DNA of 64,000 nucleotides from positions 4,267 through 68,266 of the forward strand of contig JAWWCR010000002.1 of NCBI GenBank assembly GCA_033720355.1. Direction: 5' to 3'. Of this stretch, positions 38,581 to 47,974 are shown one piece after another (position 1 is the first letter of the stretch; every line of letters starts with the position of its first letter). The position numbers were made by a program, and so were the translations under genes. The notes beneath the pieces are model-generated. The model saw only the letters and a program-made list of their open reading frames with translations. It ran no database searches and was not told the DNA's origin. Source of the stretch: Gemmatimonadota bacterium (GTDB taxonomy: Bacteria; Gemmatimonadota; Gemmatimonadetes; Palauibacterales; Palauibacteraceae).

Positions 38581-39222
38581 CTACCGACCCGCCTCCCCCG
38601 GCCGCAGCAGCTCGCCTTCGTCGAGCGACTCGAACTCGGGGATCACCACCTGCCCGCCGGCGGTCCCCGGCTCGAGCAGCTCGGCGGGGGCGACGGTCGG
38701 GTTCCCCGGGTATGTCGCGCCGTCGAACCGCAGCCGGGCATCCGCCGCCGGCAGACCGCCACCCGCCACGTGGACGAGGATGTCTCGCCAACCTGCTGTC
38801 GAGGTCGGTGCGACGCCGATGGGCGGTCGGGTCACGCTGATCGACGTGACCAGCCGCAGCCCATCCGCCGCGCCGGCGAAGACGAAGGTGTCGCACCCCC
38901 CGGAACCGCAGACCATCGGACCGGCTACATGCGCGATCCAGTCGTCCGCATCGTCGCCGTTCAGGTCGACCCGGGCCGCGAAGTAGTAGATCGGCCCCGG
39001 CAGGTCGGCGAGCTCGGCGTCGAGCGCCTCGACGAGCGCCGGTGGGGCCTCCGCGAGCATCCCCGCCGGCGAGTCGTCCGGCGCGGCTCGCGGCTCGGCC
39101 GAGGGGGTGTCCGCCAGGTCCGTCGCCGGCTCGTCGGTCGCGCATCCCCACAGCAGGACGATCACGGCCGCGATGCGTGCGAAACGGTGCGGCTCCCGTC
39201 CGGTCTTCTCCGGTGCTGGCAT
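38581..39222 (-). CDS. lipoprotein, unknown function (213 aa)
   Basis: ATG 39222. Signal plus lipobox MPAPEKTGREPHRFARIAAVIVLLWGCATDE. Motif CGSGGCDTFVF. The track start at 39630 is an artefactual extension. Confidence 0.55.
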   Translation of the reverse strand: MPAPEKTGREPHRFARIAAVIVLLWGCATDEPATDLADTPSAEPRAAPDDSPAGMLAEAPPALVEALDAELADLPGPIYYFAARVDLNGDDADDWIAHVAGPMVCGSGGCDTFVFAGAADGLRLVTSISVTRPPIGVAPTSTAGWRDILVHVAGGGLPAADARLRFDGATYPGNPTVAPAELLEPGTAGGQVVIPEFESLDEGELLRPGEAGR

Positions 39223-39358
39223 GGTCTTCCCGCGGTTCCTGTCGGCCACCAACCACGCCAACGTTAGCGGGGTGTGGCATCCGGGTCGAATACGCACGCC
39301 TCCCGCGAGTATCTTCTGACGCGAGCCACTTTCGATATCGCGCGGAAGGGACAGTCGC

Positions 39359-40351
39359 GTGTACACGGCATGCATGTTCTGCAGCAAGCCGCTCGGCGAG
39401 AACGAGGTCGTCGAGCACTTCCCGGTCGGTCGCCGTCTGGCGTTCGACTCGGCACGCGGGCGGTTGTGGGTCGTGTGCCGGAAGTGCGAGCGGTGGAATC
39501 TGAGCCCTCTCGACGAGCGGTGGGAGGCCGTCGAGACGTGCGAGCGGTTGTTCGAGCGCACCCGCGTGCGGGCCTCGACCGACAACATCGGGATCGCGCG
39601 GCACCCCGAGGGGCTCGAGCTGGTCCGCATCGGCGAGCCTCTCCGACCGGAATTCGCGGCCTGGCGCTACGGCGACCAGTTCGGACGCCGCCGCAAGCGG
39701 GCGCTCCTGTACGGTGTCGGCGGGATGGCCGTGTTCGGTGGCGTCGTGATCGGTGGGGCCGTGACGGGGGTCCTGAGCGGCGCGCTGCTCGCACAGAGCG
39801 GCAACTTCGTCAACATGTGGAACCAGCGCACGCTGCTGAAGCTTCCCGTCGATGACGACCGCGTGATGAAGCTCAACAACGTGGATCTGCTCGGAACGCG
39901 CATCCGCCCACCGTCGGAGGGGGAGGGCTTCCGCCTCCAGGTGCGGAAGGGGAAGAAGAAGGAGTGGTTCGAGGGCGAGGAGGCCGAACGCCTCGTGAGC
40001 CTCATCATCCCGAAGATGAACCGCCGTGGCGCGAAGGCGGGCACCGTCCAGGATGCGGTGTCGGAGATCGAGGACCTCGGACACCCGGACGCGTTCCTCG
40101 CCGACATCGCTACGGGAGACCGCTTCACCGACAGGAAGGGGGTTCCCGGGTACATCAACAAGATGCCCGAGCCGACGAAGCTCGCGCTCGAGATGGCGCT
40201 CCACGAAGAGCAGGAGCGCCGGGCCCTCGAGGGCGAGCTCAGAAACCTCGAGCACCAGTGGCGGTCGGCGGAGGAGATCGCGGCGATCGCCGACGACCTG
40301 CTGTTGCCCGAGGGAACCGAGGAATTCCTCGAGGAGAACCGGGACTCGTAG
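39359..40351 (+). CDS. membrane protein with N-terminal CxxC...CxxC zinc ribbon, one Gly-rich TM segment and a C-terminal helical domain; unknown function
   Basis: GTG 39359 preceded by AAGGGA. CMFCSKPL...CRKCERWN zinc-ribbon pattern. TM LLYGVGGMAVFGGVVIGGAVTGVLSGALLA. Charged helical C-terminus. Confidence 0.55.
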   Translation: MYTACMFCSKPLGENEVVEHFPVGRRLAFDSARGRLWVVCRKCERWNLSPLDERWEAVETCERLFERTRVRASTDNIGIARHPEGLELVRIGEPLRPEFAAWRYGDQFGRRRKRALLYGVGGMAVFGGVVIGGAVTGVLSGALLAQSGNFVNMWNQRTLLKLPVDDDRVMKLNNVDLLGTRIRPPSEGEGFRLQVRKGKKKEWFEGEEAERLVSLIIPKMNRRGAKAGTVQDAVSEIEDLGHPDAFLADIATGDRFTDRKGVPGYINKMPEPTKLALEMALHEEQERRALEGELRNLEHQWRSAEEIAAIADDLLLPEGTEEFLEENRDS

Positions 40352-40390
40352 TCGAGCCGCGCGGCGCCCTTGTGGAACCCGGCCGGCCGA

Positions 40391-41890
40391 TCAGCCCTTC
40401 AGGACCCCGAGCGGTCTGAGGCGAACGACCTTGCGGCCGATCCCCGCGTGATCGACGACGTCGACGACATCGGCCACGTCCTTGTACGCCTCCGGGATCT
40501 CCTCGGCCACCGTCGCGAACGAGGACGCGCGCACCTCGATGCCCTGCTCCCTGAACTCGTCCTTCAGGTCGCGGCCGCGCGCCGTGCGCTTCGCCTGACG
40601 ACGACTCATCCGGCGGCCGGCGCCGTGGCAGGTGGAGCCGAACGTCTCGCGGTACCCCGCCTCGGTCCCGACGAGGACGTACGAGTAGCGCCCCATGTCG
40701 CCGGGGATCAGCACCGGCTGTCCGATGTCCGCGTATGCCGGCGGCAGCTCGGGGTGCCCGGGCGGGAATGCGCGGGTCGCCCCCTTCCGGTGCACGCACA
40801 GCCGGCGCGTCACGCCGTCGATATCGTGCTCCTCCCACTTCGCGTTGTTGTGGGCGACATCGTAGACGAGCCCCATCGCGAGCTCCTCCCACGACCGGCC
40901 GAACACCCGGGCGAAGGCCTCCCGTACACGGTGCGTCATCACCTGGCGGTTCGCGAACGCGTAGTTGGCGGCCGCCGCCATGGCGGCGAGGTACCGCCGG
41001 GCCTCCGGCGATGTGAGCGGGGCGCAGGCGAGCTGGCGGTCGGGCAGCTCGATCCCGTACTTCCCCGCCGCCTCCTGCATCACATCGAGGAAGTCGGTGC
41101 ACACCTGGTGACCGAGCCCCCGCGAGCCCGAGTGGATGAACGCCGTGACCGTCCCCTCGCCCAGGCCGATTCGGTCGGCCGTCGCGGCGTCGAACACCTC
41201 ATCGACGTATCCGATCTCGATGAAGTGGTTCCCCGACCCGACCGTGCCGAGCTGCGGGCGGCCCCGTGTCCTCGCCCGCTCGCTGACGAGGTCGGGATCG
41301 GCGTCCGCGAGGGCCCCGCGGCTCTCGATGCGCGCGAGGTCGTCGGCGGTTCCCATCCCCTCGCGCACGGCCCACGCGGCGCCGGTGGTCAGCACGTCCG
41401 TCAGCGCGCGCTCATCCAGTCTGAAATCGTCGTACCCCGACCCGACCCCCGCCGGCACGTCGCGCATGATCCGGTTCATCAGCGCCTCCATGCGGGGGCG
41501 CGCGTCCTCCACATCGAGATCCGAGCGAATCAGCCGAACCCCGCAGTTGATGTCGTAGCCGACGCCTCCGGGACTGATGACTCCGCCCTCGTCCGGGTCG
41601 AACGCGGCGACACCGCCGATCGCGAATCCATACCCCCAGTGGATGTCGGGCATGCCGATCGAGCGCCCGACGATGCCGGGAAGACACGCGACGTTCGCGA
41701 CCTGACGGACCGCGTCGTCGCCCCGGATGTCGGCGATCAGCCGCTCATCCGCATAGAGAAGCCCATCGACGTTCATGCGTCCCTGACGGGGGATGAGCCA
41801 GCGGTAGTCGTCGAGCCGCTCGAGGTCGAGCCGTCCGTACCAGTTTGCGGAGTCCTCGCTCCGAGCTCTGTGCTTCGTTCGGGTCGACAC
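40391..41890 (-). CDS. rtcB: RtcB-family RNA 3'-phosphate ligase
   Basis: Motifs GGVGYDINCGVRL, HSGSRGLGHQV and STCHGAGRR are characteristic of RtcB. Confidence 0.9.
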   Translation of the reverse strand: MSTRTKHRARSEDSANWYGRLDLERLDDYRWLIPRQGRMNVDGLLYADERLIADIRGDDAVRQVANVACLPGIVGRSIGMPDIHWGYGFAIGGVAAFDPDEGGVISPGGVGYDINCGVRLIRSDLDVEDARPRMEALMNRIMRDVPAGVGSGYDDFRLDERALTDVLTTGAAWAVREGMGTADDLARIESRGALADADPDLVSERARTRGRPQLGTVGSGNHFIEIGYVDEVFDAATADRIGLGEGTVTAFIHSGSRGLGHQVCTDFLDVMQEAAGKYGIELPDRQLACAPLTSPEARRYLAAMAAAANYAFANRQVMTHRVREAFARVFGRSWEELAMGLVYDVAHNNAKWEEHDIDGVTRRLCVHRKGATRAFPPGHPELPPAYADIGQPVLIPGDMGRYSYVLVGTEAGYRETFGSTCHGAGRRMSRRQAKRTARGRDLKDEFREQGIEVRASSFATVAEEIPEAYKDVADVVDVVDHAGIGRKVVRLRPLGVLKG

Positions 41891-41920
41891 CGGGGATCCC
41901 TTCTGATTCTTCCTTCGGTC

Positions 41921-42361
41921 CTAAACGTCAAAGACCACGCGGGCGCGCCACCCGCCGTCCTCGCGTGCCACCTCCAGATCGTGGTAGGTGACCCCCTTCA
42001 GCTCCCGCACCGGCGGGGTCGGCGACGACCCGGTTCGCACCCTCCCTGCGAGACGCGTCTCGGCAATGTCGTCCAGGGTCGCGTCCACGTACCGGGCGGC
42101 CTCGCTCTCGTCGAGGTAGAGCAGCTCGCGGAGCCACCTGACCAGCAACGCCGCGACGTCGACGCCCTCGACGACGATCGGCCGCTCGATCCCCTCGGGC
42201 GAGGGGGACGAAGCCGATCCGGTCTCGTCGGCATAGACGAGATGGAACATTCCGAGCGCCGCGCGGTGGAACAGCTCGCGCAGCGAGGCCGCACGCACTG
42301 ATATGCCCACGTCGGCGGTATGGTCCAGCTCGCTCACGCCCGGGCAGATCTCGGCGGTCAC
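41921..42361 (-). CDS. archease (RtcB activator)
   Basis: GTG 42361 overlaps the pat-like TGA (GTGA). N-terminal DHTADVGISVRAASLRELF matches the archease [DE]HTAD signature. Lies 30 nt upstream of rtcB. Confidence 0.8.
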   Translation of the reverse strand: MTAEICPGVSELDHTADVGISVRAASLRELFHRAALGMFHLVYADETGSASSPSPEGIERPIVVEGVDVAALLVRWLRELLYLDESEAARYVDATLDDIAETRLAGRVRTGSSPTPPVRELKGVTYHDLEVAREDGGWRARVVFDV

Positions 42362-45051
42362 GAGACGACCGCGTCGGTGCCCCGCCGGACGTCGTCGAGG
42401 GGGAGCCGGACTTCCACGATCGACTCTCCGGCGAGACGCTCCCTCTCGAAGCCCAGCTTCGCCGCGAGACCGAGCATCGCCGCGTTCCCCTCCATCACCT
42501 GTCCCACCAGCTCGCGGACGCCGCTGTCGGCGCAGTACCGGACCATCTTCGCGAGCAGGGCCTCCCCGAGACCGCCCCCCTTCTCGTCGGAGCGCACGAC
42601 GATCGCGAACTCGGCACGGACGTTGTCGTGATCCGACACGGCGCGCACCACCCCGAGCGTCTCCCCATCTCCGGCCTCCGTCTCGGTGGTCGCTATGAAC
42701 GCCATCTCCCTGTCGTAGTCGATCTGCGTATAGCGGGCGAGCGATTGATGCGGCATCTGCCGGACCTCGCCGAAGAAGCGGAATCGGACGTCCTCCCGCT
42801 TCAGCCTGCGAAACAACTCGAGGTGCGCCGGCTCGTCCTCGGGCCGGATCGGCCTGAGCACGACCGATCGACCGTCATCTAACCGCACTTTCTCGACGAG
42901 CTCCCGGGGGTACGGTCTGATCGCCAGGTGGTCTCCCGGGCTCCGGTCGTCCGGCTCGACCCGGATGCGCACATCGACGACGAGCACACCGTCCGGGTCC
43001 GCGAGGAGGGGGTTGAGGTCGAGCTCGCGGAGCTGCGGGATCTCGCACACGAGCCGCGACACGCGGACCAGCGTCTCGCACACCTCGCGGATGTCCGCGG
43101 CCGGGCGGTCCCTGTAGCCCTCGAGCAGCCGCGACACCCTCGTCCGTCCGATCAGGCTCTCCGCGAGGCTCGAGTTGAGCGGGGGAAGCTCGACCGCGCG
43201 ATCCGCGACGACCTCGACGGCGATGCCGCCCTGACCGAACAGAATCACCGGACCGAAGACGGGGTCCGTCGTCACGCCGACGATGAGCTCGCGAGCGTGG
43301 GGGCGAGACGCCATCTGCTGGACGAGAAATCCCTCGAGCCGGGCGCCGGGACGGAGCCGCTCGAGCCGGGCAGACATGTCGTCCCACGCCTCGAGGACGG
43401 CCTCGTCGTCGTCGAGATCGAGCGTCACGCCCCCGACGTCCGATTTGTGCAGCACGTCGGGTGACACGACCTTGAGCGCGACGGGGAAGCCGATCTCGCC
43501 GGCGATCCGCGTCGCCTCCTCCGGCGTTCCCGCCAGACGGCTCTCCACCACCGGTATCCCGTAGGCGCGCAGGACCTCGCGGCACTCGATCTCCGAGAGC
43601 CACTCCCGCCCGTCGTCGATCGCCCGGCCGATCGCACCGCACGCCGCATCCCGGTCCGCCGGGTCCTCGGCCAGATAGGAGGGGGTCTCCATGAGGCGCG
43701 ACTGGTTGCGGCCGTACCGTACGAGATCGACGAACGCGCGCGCGGCCTGCTCGGGTGTCTCGTAGCTCGGCAGCCCCGCATCGCGGAGGATGCGGCGGCC
43801 CGGCTCGGCGGCCGCGCCTCCGAGCCAGCTCGTCAGCACCTGCGGTTGTTCGGGCCGCGTGTCGAGCACGCGAGCCACGGCCCGTGCGACTTCCTCTCCC
43901 GAGACGAGCGCCACGGGCGAATAGAGGAGGATCACGGCGTCCACTCCGGGATCGTCGAGCACGATCTCGAGCGCGGACGCGTATCGATCGCCCGTCGCGT
44001 CGCCGATGATGTCGATCGGATTCGCACGCGACCACGTGGACGGCAGCACCTCATCGAGGCTCGCGACGGTCTCGGGCGCGAGCCCGGCGAGCGTTCCCCC
44101 GGCGGCGACCAGCGCATCGGTCGCCATGACCCCGGGCCCCCCGCCGTTGCTGACGATCGCGACCCGGTCACCTCGTGGCCGCTCGCCGAGCGCGAGCGTC
44201 TCGACGGCGTCGAACAGCTCCTCGATCTCGTGGACGCGCAACATGCCCGCACGCCCGATCGCGGCATCGTAGACCTCGTCCGCGCCGGCGAGCGCACCCG
44301 TGTGCGAGGCAGCCGCGCGCGCACCCTCCGACTCGCGCCCCGACTTGATGACGAGGACGAACTTCGTACGGGCGGCGGCCCGGGCCGCCGAGAGAAACGA
44401 ACGGGCCCGAGTGATGGACTCGAGATAGAGCAGGATGGCGGTCGTGTTCGGGTCGGCACTCAGATAGTCGAGGAGATCGCCGGCGTGTACCTCGAGGCTG
44501 TCGCCGAGCGACACGAAGTGCGAGAACCCGATGTCGCGGCTCTTCGCCCAGTCCAGGACCGCGGTCGTCAACCCGCCGGATTGAGAGAGGAACGCGAGCC
44601 GGCCCGGCAGGGCGTCGGTGTGGGCGAAGCTACAGTTGAGCCGCGCCCCGGGGGTGAGGAACCCGACGCAGTTCGGACCGAGCATCCGCAGCCCGCCGGC
44701 GCGCGCACCGGCGAGCGCTTCCTCCTCGATCTCCGGCGTGAGGCCGGCGGTGATCACGACGACAGCCTTCGCACCGACCTCTGCCAGCTCGCCGATGAGC
44801 CCCGGGACGGTGGCGGGCGGCGTGCAAACGACCCCTAGCTCGGGCGCCGGATCGAGCTCGCGTACGCTCTCGTACGCGCGGACACCCTGGACGCTCTCGT
44901 ACTTAGGATTCACCGGGTACACCACGCCCCGGTAACCTCCGAGGATGATGTTGCGGAAAAGCACGGTTCCGACCGAGCCCGCGCGGTTCGAGGCGCCGAG
45001 CACGGCGATCGAGCGGGGCTCGAACAGCGACTCCAGGTTGCGAACGCTCAT
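42358..45051 (-). CDS. Pat/PatZ-like protein: NDP-forming acyl-CoA synthetase domains (CoA-binding, ATP-grasp) fused to C-terminal GNAT acetyltransferase
   Basis: ATG 45051 (MSVRNLESLFEPRSIAVLGASNRAGSVG...). CoA-binding and succinyl-CoA-synthetase-like segments. C-terminal GNAT ...EFAIVVRSDEKGGGLGEALLAKMVRYCADSGVRELVGQVMEGNAAMLGLAAKLGFER. Confidence 0.85.
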   Translation of the reverse strand: MSVRNLESLFEPRSIAVLGASNRAGSVGTVLFRNIILGGYRGVVYPVNPKYESVQGVRAYESVRELDPAPELGVVCTPPATVPGLIGELAEVGAKAVVVITAGLTPEIEEEALAGARAGGLRMLGPNCVGFLTPGARLNCSFAHTDALPGRLAFLSQSGGLTTAVLDWAKSRDIGFSHFVSLGDSLEVHAGDLLDYLSADPNTTAILLYLESITRARSFLSAARAAARTKFVLVIKSGRESEGARAAASHTGALAGADEVYDAAIGRAGMLRVHEIEELFDAVETLALGERPRGDRVAIVSNGGGPGVMATDALVAAGGTLAGLAPETVASLDEVLPSTWSRANPIDIIGDATGDRYASALEIVLDDPGVDAVILLYSPVALVSGEEVARAVARVLDTRPEQPQVLTSWLGGAAAEPGRRILRDAGLPSYETPEQAARAFVDLVRYGRNQSRLMETPSYLAEDPADRDAACGAIGRAIDDGREWLSEIECREVLRAYGIPVVESRLAGTPEEATRIAGEIGFPVALKVVSPDVLHKSDVGGVTLDLDDDEAVLEAWDDMSARLERLRPGARLEGFLVQQMASRPHARELIVGVTTDPVFGPVILFGQGGIAVEVVADRAVELPPLNSSLAESLIGRTRVSRLLEGYRDRPAADIREVCETLVRVSRLVCEIPQLRELDLNPLLADPDGVLVVDVRIRVEPDDRSPGDHLAIRPYPRELVEKVRLDDGRSVVLRPIRPEDEPAHLELFRRLKREDVRFRFFGEVRQMPHQSLARYTQIDYDREMAFIATTETEAGDGETLGVVRAVSDHDNVRAEFAIVVRSDEKGGGLGEALLAKMVRYCADSGVRELVGQVMEGNAAMLGLAAKLGFERERLAGESIVEVRLPLDDVRRGTDAVVS

Positions 45052-45125
45052 GGGGAGTCGAAGGTACGGGGCGGCGTTGTCCGGCACGAGCAGAAGCGGG
45101 CCGGCAGCGACGCCCACACCGCCGC

Positions 45126-45710
45126 TCAGGGGAAGGTGACGATCACCCTTCCGGGCTGGGAAAGGCGCGTCGCGACCTCGGCGAGTGCCGCGAGCAACTC
45201 GGCCCTGGTGATGTCGAGACCCATCGTCGTCGGGCGGGCCATGTCCCGCTCGTCGAGCGTGAGGCCGCGCGTATCGACGATGAACGCCCGGGGATCCCCA
45301 TCGACGAGGAGTGCCGCGCGCAGCCCGGGAAGCGGCGGATCGTTCAGCCTGACGACCGTCTCATCCTCCTCGGGCGGCACCGGTGGGATGAAGTCGTCGT
45401 AGGGCCAGTCCTCGGTGGGAGGCCCGGGGTACCGCTGGAGCGTGGCCGCGAGCCCGAGCCCGCTGTGTCGACCGAGCGCGACGAGCAGCTCGTACTCGGA
45501 TCGATGGAGCGCGAGCGCGTTCGGGAACTCGTGCCCCTCCGCCTCCGGGTGCTCGAACGGCAGGAGGCGCACCGGGGTGAAGACGCGCGCACCTTCCTCG
45601 ATCGAGGCGATGAAGAGACCGATCGTCAGATGCTCGCCCGTCGACTCCTGACAACGCCCCGCCGCGGGCGCGGCGAGCATGCCCGCGAGCAGGGCCGCGA
45701 GTACTCTCAT
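45126..45710 (-). CDS. secreted hypothetical protein (194 aa)
   Basis: ATG 45710 with GGAGG upstream. Signal peptide MRVLAALLAGMLAAPAAGRCQ. Starts 8 nt after the pat-like gene start. Confidence 0.5.
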   Translation of the reverse strand: MRVLAALLAGMLAAPAAGRCQESTGEHLTIGLFIASIEEGARVFTPVRLLPFEHPEAEGHEFPNALALHRSEYELLVALGRHSGLGLAATLQRYPGPPTEDWPYDDFIPPVPPEEDETVVRLNDPPLPGLRAALLVDGDPRAFIVDTRGLTLDERDMARPTTMGLDITRAELLAALAEVATRLSQPGRVIVTFP

Positions 45711-45906
45711 CGTCTGCCGCCTCCGTCCGTCGCTGGTCCCACGGATGTGACGTCCCGCCGATCCCGGCCCGTTTACTCCCTGCCCGACTCCGCGCGCGAC
45801 CGCGCGCGTCCTCGCCACGCCGACCGACCGGTCAGCGGGGGAACCCCCACGTCGCTCCCGGGTGTGTCTATCGGACTGCGAACTCCGTTCAGGCGACGAG
45901 GCGAGC

Positions 45907-47883
45907 ATGGTCGAAGAACGACGGGGTCCCGGGAGCAACCGTGCGTTCGGCCGGACGGTGGTTCCACGCGTCGGTGGGGTGCTGGCCGTCGCGGCCGCCC
46001 TCAACGGCATGACGACCCCGGCAGCCGCCCAGGGGCGGGCGGGCGAACGCTCGACCCTCGAGGCCTCGACCTACCTGACCGAGGTGGATATCGACGACGA
46101 CGGAGACCGGCTCGCCTGGGTCGAGGTCGACATGGGAGCCTCGCCGCCGTCCTCCACGGTCTTCCTGGCCGGTGCGGGACGCACCGGCGTTCGCGTGGGC
46201 TCGGGCCGCGCCGTGTCGTTCAGACCGGGGGCTCCGGGACTCGCCTGGCTGGCCGCCGGCGCGGACGGGCTCGAGATCCGGATCGCCGACGGCGCCGGAA
46301 CAGCGACCGATACCGTCTCGGCGCCGGGAGGGGTCCGGGAATTCCAGTGGAGTCCGAATGGCGCGCGTATCGCGTTCGCGGCGCCGATGGCGAACGGCGA
46401 GGCCGGAGCCACCGGCCTCTTCGTGCACGACTTCGACGAAGAGCGGACACGGCCGATCGCCGTCGCCGGCGGCACGGTCCACACGGACCCCTTCGGCGCG
46501 GGAGGATCGTTCGCCTGGTCGCCCGACGGTCGCCAGCTCGCCTTCGCCGTACAGCCGGAAGCGACCGTGGAGGGCTCGTACGCCGCCGACATCTTCGTCG
46601 CGGACCTGACCGGCGAGACGACGCGCCCGGTCGTTCGGCGTCCCGGTCTCGACATTCGACCGACCTGGTCGCCCGACGGCGCGCACCTCGCGTTCGCGAC
46701 CTCGTTCGGGGCCGTGGACCGCTTCGCCGCACACGGCCTGGCGATCGTTCACGTGGCGACCGGACGGGTGGAGGACGTCGGGCGCGACCTCGATGGCACC
46801 TTCCTCGAGACCCCGTCGGGGCACCGCTGGACCGCGGACGGGGCGGGCATCCTCGTCGTTCGCGCCTCCGGCGTCTTCACGGATCTCGTCAGGCTCGACG
46901 CCGCGACCGGCTCCATGACTCCCCTCACCGGCGAGGGCGGCACGGTCGCCGTCCCCCGGTTCGATGAAGACGCGCGCACCGCCGTCTACCTGCGATCCGA
47001 CCCGGGGACCCCCTGGACGATCCGGCGTCTCGACCTGGTCTCGGGCGCGATCACAGCCGTCGGTCCGGAGACGACGGGGCCGACCCGTCGCTGGGAGGTC
47101 TTCCGGTGGAACGTGCGCGACGCGGACTCCCTGGAGGGCCTCCTCGTGACGCCCGACTCGGCGAGCGCGGAGCCACCTCCCCTGGTGGTCTGGCTTCACG
47201 GTGGACCCGACGGCCGATCGGCCGCCGCCTACGTGCCGGCAGTCCCCTTCCCCACACCGCCGTTCGACCCGATGCCGCTCGAGGCGCTGCTCGACGCGGG
47301 CTTCGCCGTCTTTCTGCCGAACGACCGGCCGAGCGCGGGATATCCGGCCTCGGTGCGCCGCTCCGTCGCGGGCCGCAGCGTCGAGGCGCTCGAGGCGGAT
47401 GTCATGTCGGGCGTGGACGCCCTGGTCGAGGCCGGCCGAGCCGACGCGGATCGACTCTACCTCGGCGGGTGGGCGTCCGGTGGCCTCCGGGCCGACCAGC
47501 TTCTCACGCGCACCGGGCGGTTTCGCGCCGCCGTGTCGGGCGCCGGGAACACCGCGCTCGCGGCCGCATACGGCGACGGCGACTTCACCGTGCAGTGGCG
47601 CTCGATCATGGGCGGTGCGCCCTGGGAGAACCGTCGTGCCTGGGACGCCGCATCGCCGTTACGAAACGCGCCGTCCATCACGACTCCGCTGCTGCTTTTG
47701 CACGGCGCGGCCGACCCCCTCGTTCCGGTCGACCACTCCCGGTACCTGTTCACGCACCTCGAACAACTCGGCCGGACGGTCGAGCTGGAAGTACTGGAGG
47801 GAGTGGGACACGGGATCATGATGCCGCGTGACAGAGCCGGCGTCGCCGAGCGGATCCTGGACTGGTTCCGACGACACCCCTGA
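45907..47883 (+). CDS. S9-family (prolyl oligopeptidase / dipeptidyl-peptidase-like) serine peptidase with N-terminal beta-propeller
   Basis: PD40-like propeller repeats (WSPDG...LAF x3). Catalytic Ser in YLGGWASGG. C-terminal alpha/beta hydrolase with ...HGAADPLVPV...GVGHG. Confidence 0.85.
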   Translation: MVEERRGPGSNRAFGRTVVPRVGGVLAVAAALNGMTTPAAAQGRAGERSTLEASTYLTEVDIDDDGDRLAWVEVDMGASPPSSTVFLAGAGRTGVRVGSGRAVSFRPGAPGLAWLAAGADGLEIRIADGAGTATDTVSAPGGVREFQWSPNGARIAFAAPMANGEAGATGLFVHDFDEERTRPIAVAGGTVHTDPFGAGGSFAWSPDGRQLAFAVQPEATVEGSYAADIFVADLTGETTRPVVRRPGLDIRPTWSPDGAHLAFATSFGAVDRFAAHGLAIVHVATGRVEDVGRDLDGTFLETPSGHRWTADGAGILVVRASGVFTDLVRLDAATGSMTPLTGEGGTVAVPRFDEDARTAVYLRSDPGTPWTIRRLDLVSGAITAVGPETTGPTRRWEVFRWNVRDADSLEGLLVTPDSASAEPPPLVVWLHGGPDGRSAAAYVPAVPFPTPPFDPMPLEALLDAGFAVFLPNDRPSAGYPASVRRSVAGRSVEALEADVMSGVDALVEAGRADADRLYLGGWASGGLRADQLLTRTGRFRAAVSGAGNTALAAAYGDGDFTVQWRSIMGGAPWENRRAWDAASPLRNAPSITTPLLLLHGAADPLVPVDHSRYLFTHLEQLGRTVELEVLEGVGHGIMMPRDRAGVAERILDWFRRHP

Positions 47884-47974
47884 CGCGGTGCGGTCCGCTC
47901 GCATGTCGACGGAGATCGAGCGGTCGCCTCGGGCGGACTCTCCGGGAGTCCCGCGACGCTCGCTTCCCTCATCG

